Source: an uncultured Ruminococcus sp. (GTDB lineage: Bacteria; Bacillota; Clostridia; Oscillospirales; Acutalibacteraceae). From it: 26,795 nt of DNA. The position numbers and the translations under genes are program-made. The DNA is taken from contig CACZPV010000079.1 in the NCBI GenBank assembly GCA_902783065.1, forward strand, positions 1-26,795. Reading direction: 5' to 3'. Positions within the stretch are counted from its first letter, which is position 1. Each line of letters begins with the position of its first letter. The notes under the pieces are model-generated. The model was given only the letters and a program-made list of their open reading frames with translations. It did not search any database and had not been told where the DNA came from. Shown here in pieces: positions 24,759-26,795 of this stretch.

Positions 24759-26456
24759 ATGGAAGAATTATATAAATGTAAGAAATGCGGTCATGAATTT
24801 GATATTGAGGAAGTTTATTGCCCTATGTGCAAGGAAGAAGCCATAGGGGAGGTAAAGTTTACTTCTCCTCTCAAACAAAAGGAGGAAGGATCCAAAAGAC
24901 TTCATATAATCCTGATTATCTGTGCTGGTATATTATTGACGGCAGTTATCCTGGGCGTGTTTCTGATGAAACCGTATGCGGAGGGAGAAAACACGGATCA
25001 CAGCAGCGAGAACATCAAGGTACAAACGGAAGTTCCAAATTTTATCGGTAATACTGAACAGCGTGCAAATGAAAAAGCCAGTATGGCAGGTTTACGACTT
25101 GATATTGAATATGAAGCAAATGATAAATATGACGAAGGTCAGGTGTTCTATCAGGAAGTTGAAGAAATGACAAAGGTTGACAGGGATTCTCATATTAAGG
25201 TTAAAATTGCAACGAGTAATCCGGTTAATAATGTTGTACATGACGATAAAGTTATTATGCCGTCATTGACAGGACTTACCATGGAGCAGGCAGGAAAAGA
25301 ACTGGATGTCAGAAAATTGAAATATGAGGTCGTATATCTCGGCAGTGATGAAGTTGATGAAGGTTATGTAATATCACAAACTATTGAACCAGGTAGCATG
25401 ATTGATCCTGATACAGATATCTATCTGTCTGTTTGTAAAAAGACAGAAAGAGTTCTTGAAAAAATTACTATGGAAAAGCTTCCTGAAAGAATTACTTATT
25501 TTGTGGATGAAAATCGGATTGATTTTAACGGACTGCAGATCAGAGCTTTCTATACGGATGGTTCACAGGATCTTGTTACTGCTGATTCTTTGGGAGAAGT
25601 ATCTGAAACAGAGATTATAAATAATTATTCTGTGATGGGTTCTCCCGATCTGATTACGGTAGACAATCTGAATCATATTGTTGGAACGCAGACGCTGACG
25701 GTTTATTACAGAAACAAAACGACAACATTTGATGTTAATATTGTTGAGGATACAAAGGAAGAAAATGTGACGCTTGCCTCTATAAAAATTACCAAGCCGG
25801 CATCGGTGACAGAATATTCTCTCATGCTGGAGCCGGATGAACCTGCTGTGGATAAATATTGTAATACCAATCTCAAGGGACTGGAGGTAACCGCTTATTT
25901 TAGTGACGGTACCGAAAGAATACTTTCACCCTATGTAATGCAAGATGCACAGAAAAATCATGGTATCGATTATACATGGCAGACAGATGCTGGCTGTTCG
26001 GTCAGCAACATAAATATATACCGTGAAGGTAAACAAACAGTAGAAATTAACTACTATGGGAAAAAAACATCTTATGAAATTGTTGTTCTTAAAAACAGCA
26101 GCAATATCTGTTTGTCGGATCAATTTCCTGGTGGAGTTGAGGTCAGTCTGGATTATGACGGAATACTTGAAGTCAGTGGAACCGGAATTATTACAGATGG
26201 CTTCTGGAACGGTTATATCAACTCTGTCAAAAAAATTGTGATCAACAAAGGTATTACAGGAATCGAGAATACAGCTTTCAACAGATGCTGCAAAGCCGTA
26301 AGTATCACAATACCGGAGAGTGTGGAAAATATACAGGAATATTCTTTTAAGAATTGGACTTTCTCACAAAAAATATTTGTTCTGGGGAAGGATACGGTAC
26401 CTGAGAAATGGATCAATTTCTACAATACCTCTGCAAACATCATCTGGAACCCATAA
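24759..26456 (+). CDS. Single-pass membrane protein: Zn ribbon - TM - 2x PASTA - 2x bacterial Ig-like - BspA-type LRR remnant
   Basis: CKKC-x10-CPMC; TM aa 48-70; PASTA repeats (VPNFIGNTEQRA..., MPSLTGLTMEQA...DEVDEGYVISQTIEPG); Ig-like repeats (ITMEKLPERITYFVDE.IDFNGLQIRAFYTDGS; IKITKPASVTEY...LKGLEVTAYFSDGT); LRR_5-like VKKIVINKGITGIENTAF...ITIPESVENIQEYSF. Confidence 0.82.
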   Translation: MEELYKCKKCGHEFDIEEVYCPMCKEEAIGEVKFTSPLKQKEEGSKRLHIILIICAGILLTAVILGVFLMKPYAEGENTDHSSENIKVQTEVPNFIGNTEQRANEKASMAGLRLDIEYEANDKYDEGQVFYQEVEEMTKVDRDSHIKVKIATSNPVNNVVHDDKVIMPSLTGLTMEQAGKELDVRKLKYEVVYLGSDEVDEGYVISQTIEPGSMIDPDTDIYLSVCKKTERVLEKITMEKLPERITYFVDENRIDFNGLQIRAFYTDGSQDLVTADSLGEVSETEIINNYSVMGSPDLITVDNLNHIVGTQTLTVYYRNKTTTFDVNIVEDTKEENVTLASIKITKPASVTEYSLMLEPDEPAVDKYCNTNLKGLEVTAYFSDGTERILSPYVMQDAQKNHGIDYTWQTDAGCSVSNINIYREGKQTVEINYYGKKTSYEIVVLKNSSNICLSDQFPGGVEVSLDYDGILEVSGTGIITDGFWNGYINSVKKIVINKGITGIENTAFNRCCKAVSITIPESVENIQEYSFKNWTFSQKIFVLGKDTVPEKWINFYNTSANIIWNP

Positions 26457-26526
26457 TGGAACTTTTTGACATTTACTTAAAATAGCATAAAAATTGTTGA
26501 GAACTGTAAATTTCTTTTCAAAATAT

Positions 26527-26563
26527 AAAAAAGTCGGTGAATAAAAATTCATCGGCTTTTTTT
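26527..26563. terminator. Bidirectional intrinsic terminator
   Basis: AAAAAAGTCGGTGAAT-aaaa-ATTCATCGGCTTTTTTT: stem with G-U pairs flanked by A and T tracts. Confidence 0.8.
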
Positions 26564-26795
26564 AGTTATAATATAGAAAAATAAATGGAAACCCAGTTGA
26601 AGTCCTGCCGTAAATAGCATTTTGAAGTTCAAAAGAAACCGAAAATGGCTCTGCGACTATATATAATACTAATATCTGATAAAAATAGACTGCAAATACA
26701 ATCAAGCCTGCTTTTTATCAGAATTAGTATCAACATTTGTTTTCTGACAGGAAATCCTCTATTACGTCGTAAAGATGTTCCGGACATAGTTTTTC

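Noticed and set aside
714-26552. Many short alternative-frame and minus-strand ORFs in the ORF track (e.g. 5636-6265, 12327-12899, 18223-18771, 18683-19369, 23706-24260)
   Set aside because: They overlap well-supported + strand genes, have F/L/S/I-rich shadow composition and show no recognisable motifs.
11700-26795. Prophage, ICE or transposon origin of the accessory locus; CRISPR array
   Set aside because: No integrase, transposase, phage structural gene, att-like direct repeat, tRNA or regularly spaced repeat array is visible, and composition looks similar to the housekeeping part by eye.
26564-26795. Gene or RNA at the right edge
   Set aside because: Only TATAAT-like boxes (26567-26572 and near 26662) and no supportable ORF; probably the upstream region of a gene outside the window.

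Overview
AT-rich Firmicutes (Clostridia, Ruminococcus/Oscillospiraceae-like) chromosomal DNA; every supportable gene is on the + strand. The left part (1-11.7 kb) is mostly housekeeping: polA (5'-truncated by the window), a YwlE-type LMW phosphatase, rimI, tsaD, pth, mfd, a membrane-anchored TPR protein and galE. The right part (12.07-26.46 kb) is an accessory locus of 10 genes in three blocks. Block A: an RCC1-repeat/coiled-coil/Zn-ribbon pseudokinase, an unknown helical protein that may be a dead AAA-fold, an orphan Hsp70-like ATPase, a 677-aa coiled-coil protein and a Zn-ribbon protein. Block B: two Snf7/ESCRT-III-like helical proteins, a Vps4-like AAA+ ATPase with an N-terminal MIT-like bundle, and a catalytically degenerate AAA+ paralogue. 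Block C: a Zn-ribbon-TM-PASTA-PASTA-Ig-Ig-LRR surface protein. The main candidate discovery is block B, which looks like a bacterial ESCRT-III/Vps4 membrane-remodelling operon of the eukaryotic/archaeal Snf7+Vps4 type rather than PspA/Vipp1, possibly working with block A and the PASTA sensor. All family assignments come from motif recognition by eye against reference sequences recalled from memory; no database searches or folding calculations were run. No tRNA, rRNA, CRISPR array, integrase or transposase was seen.
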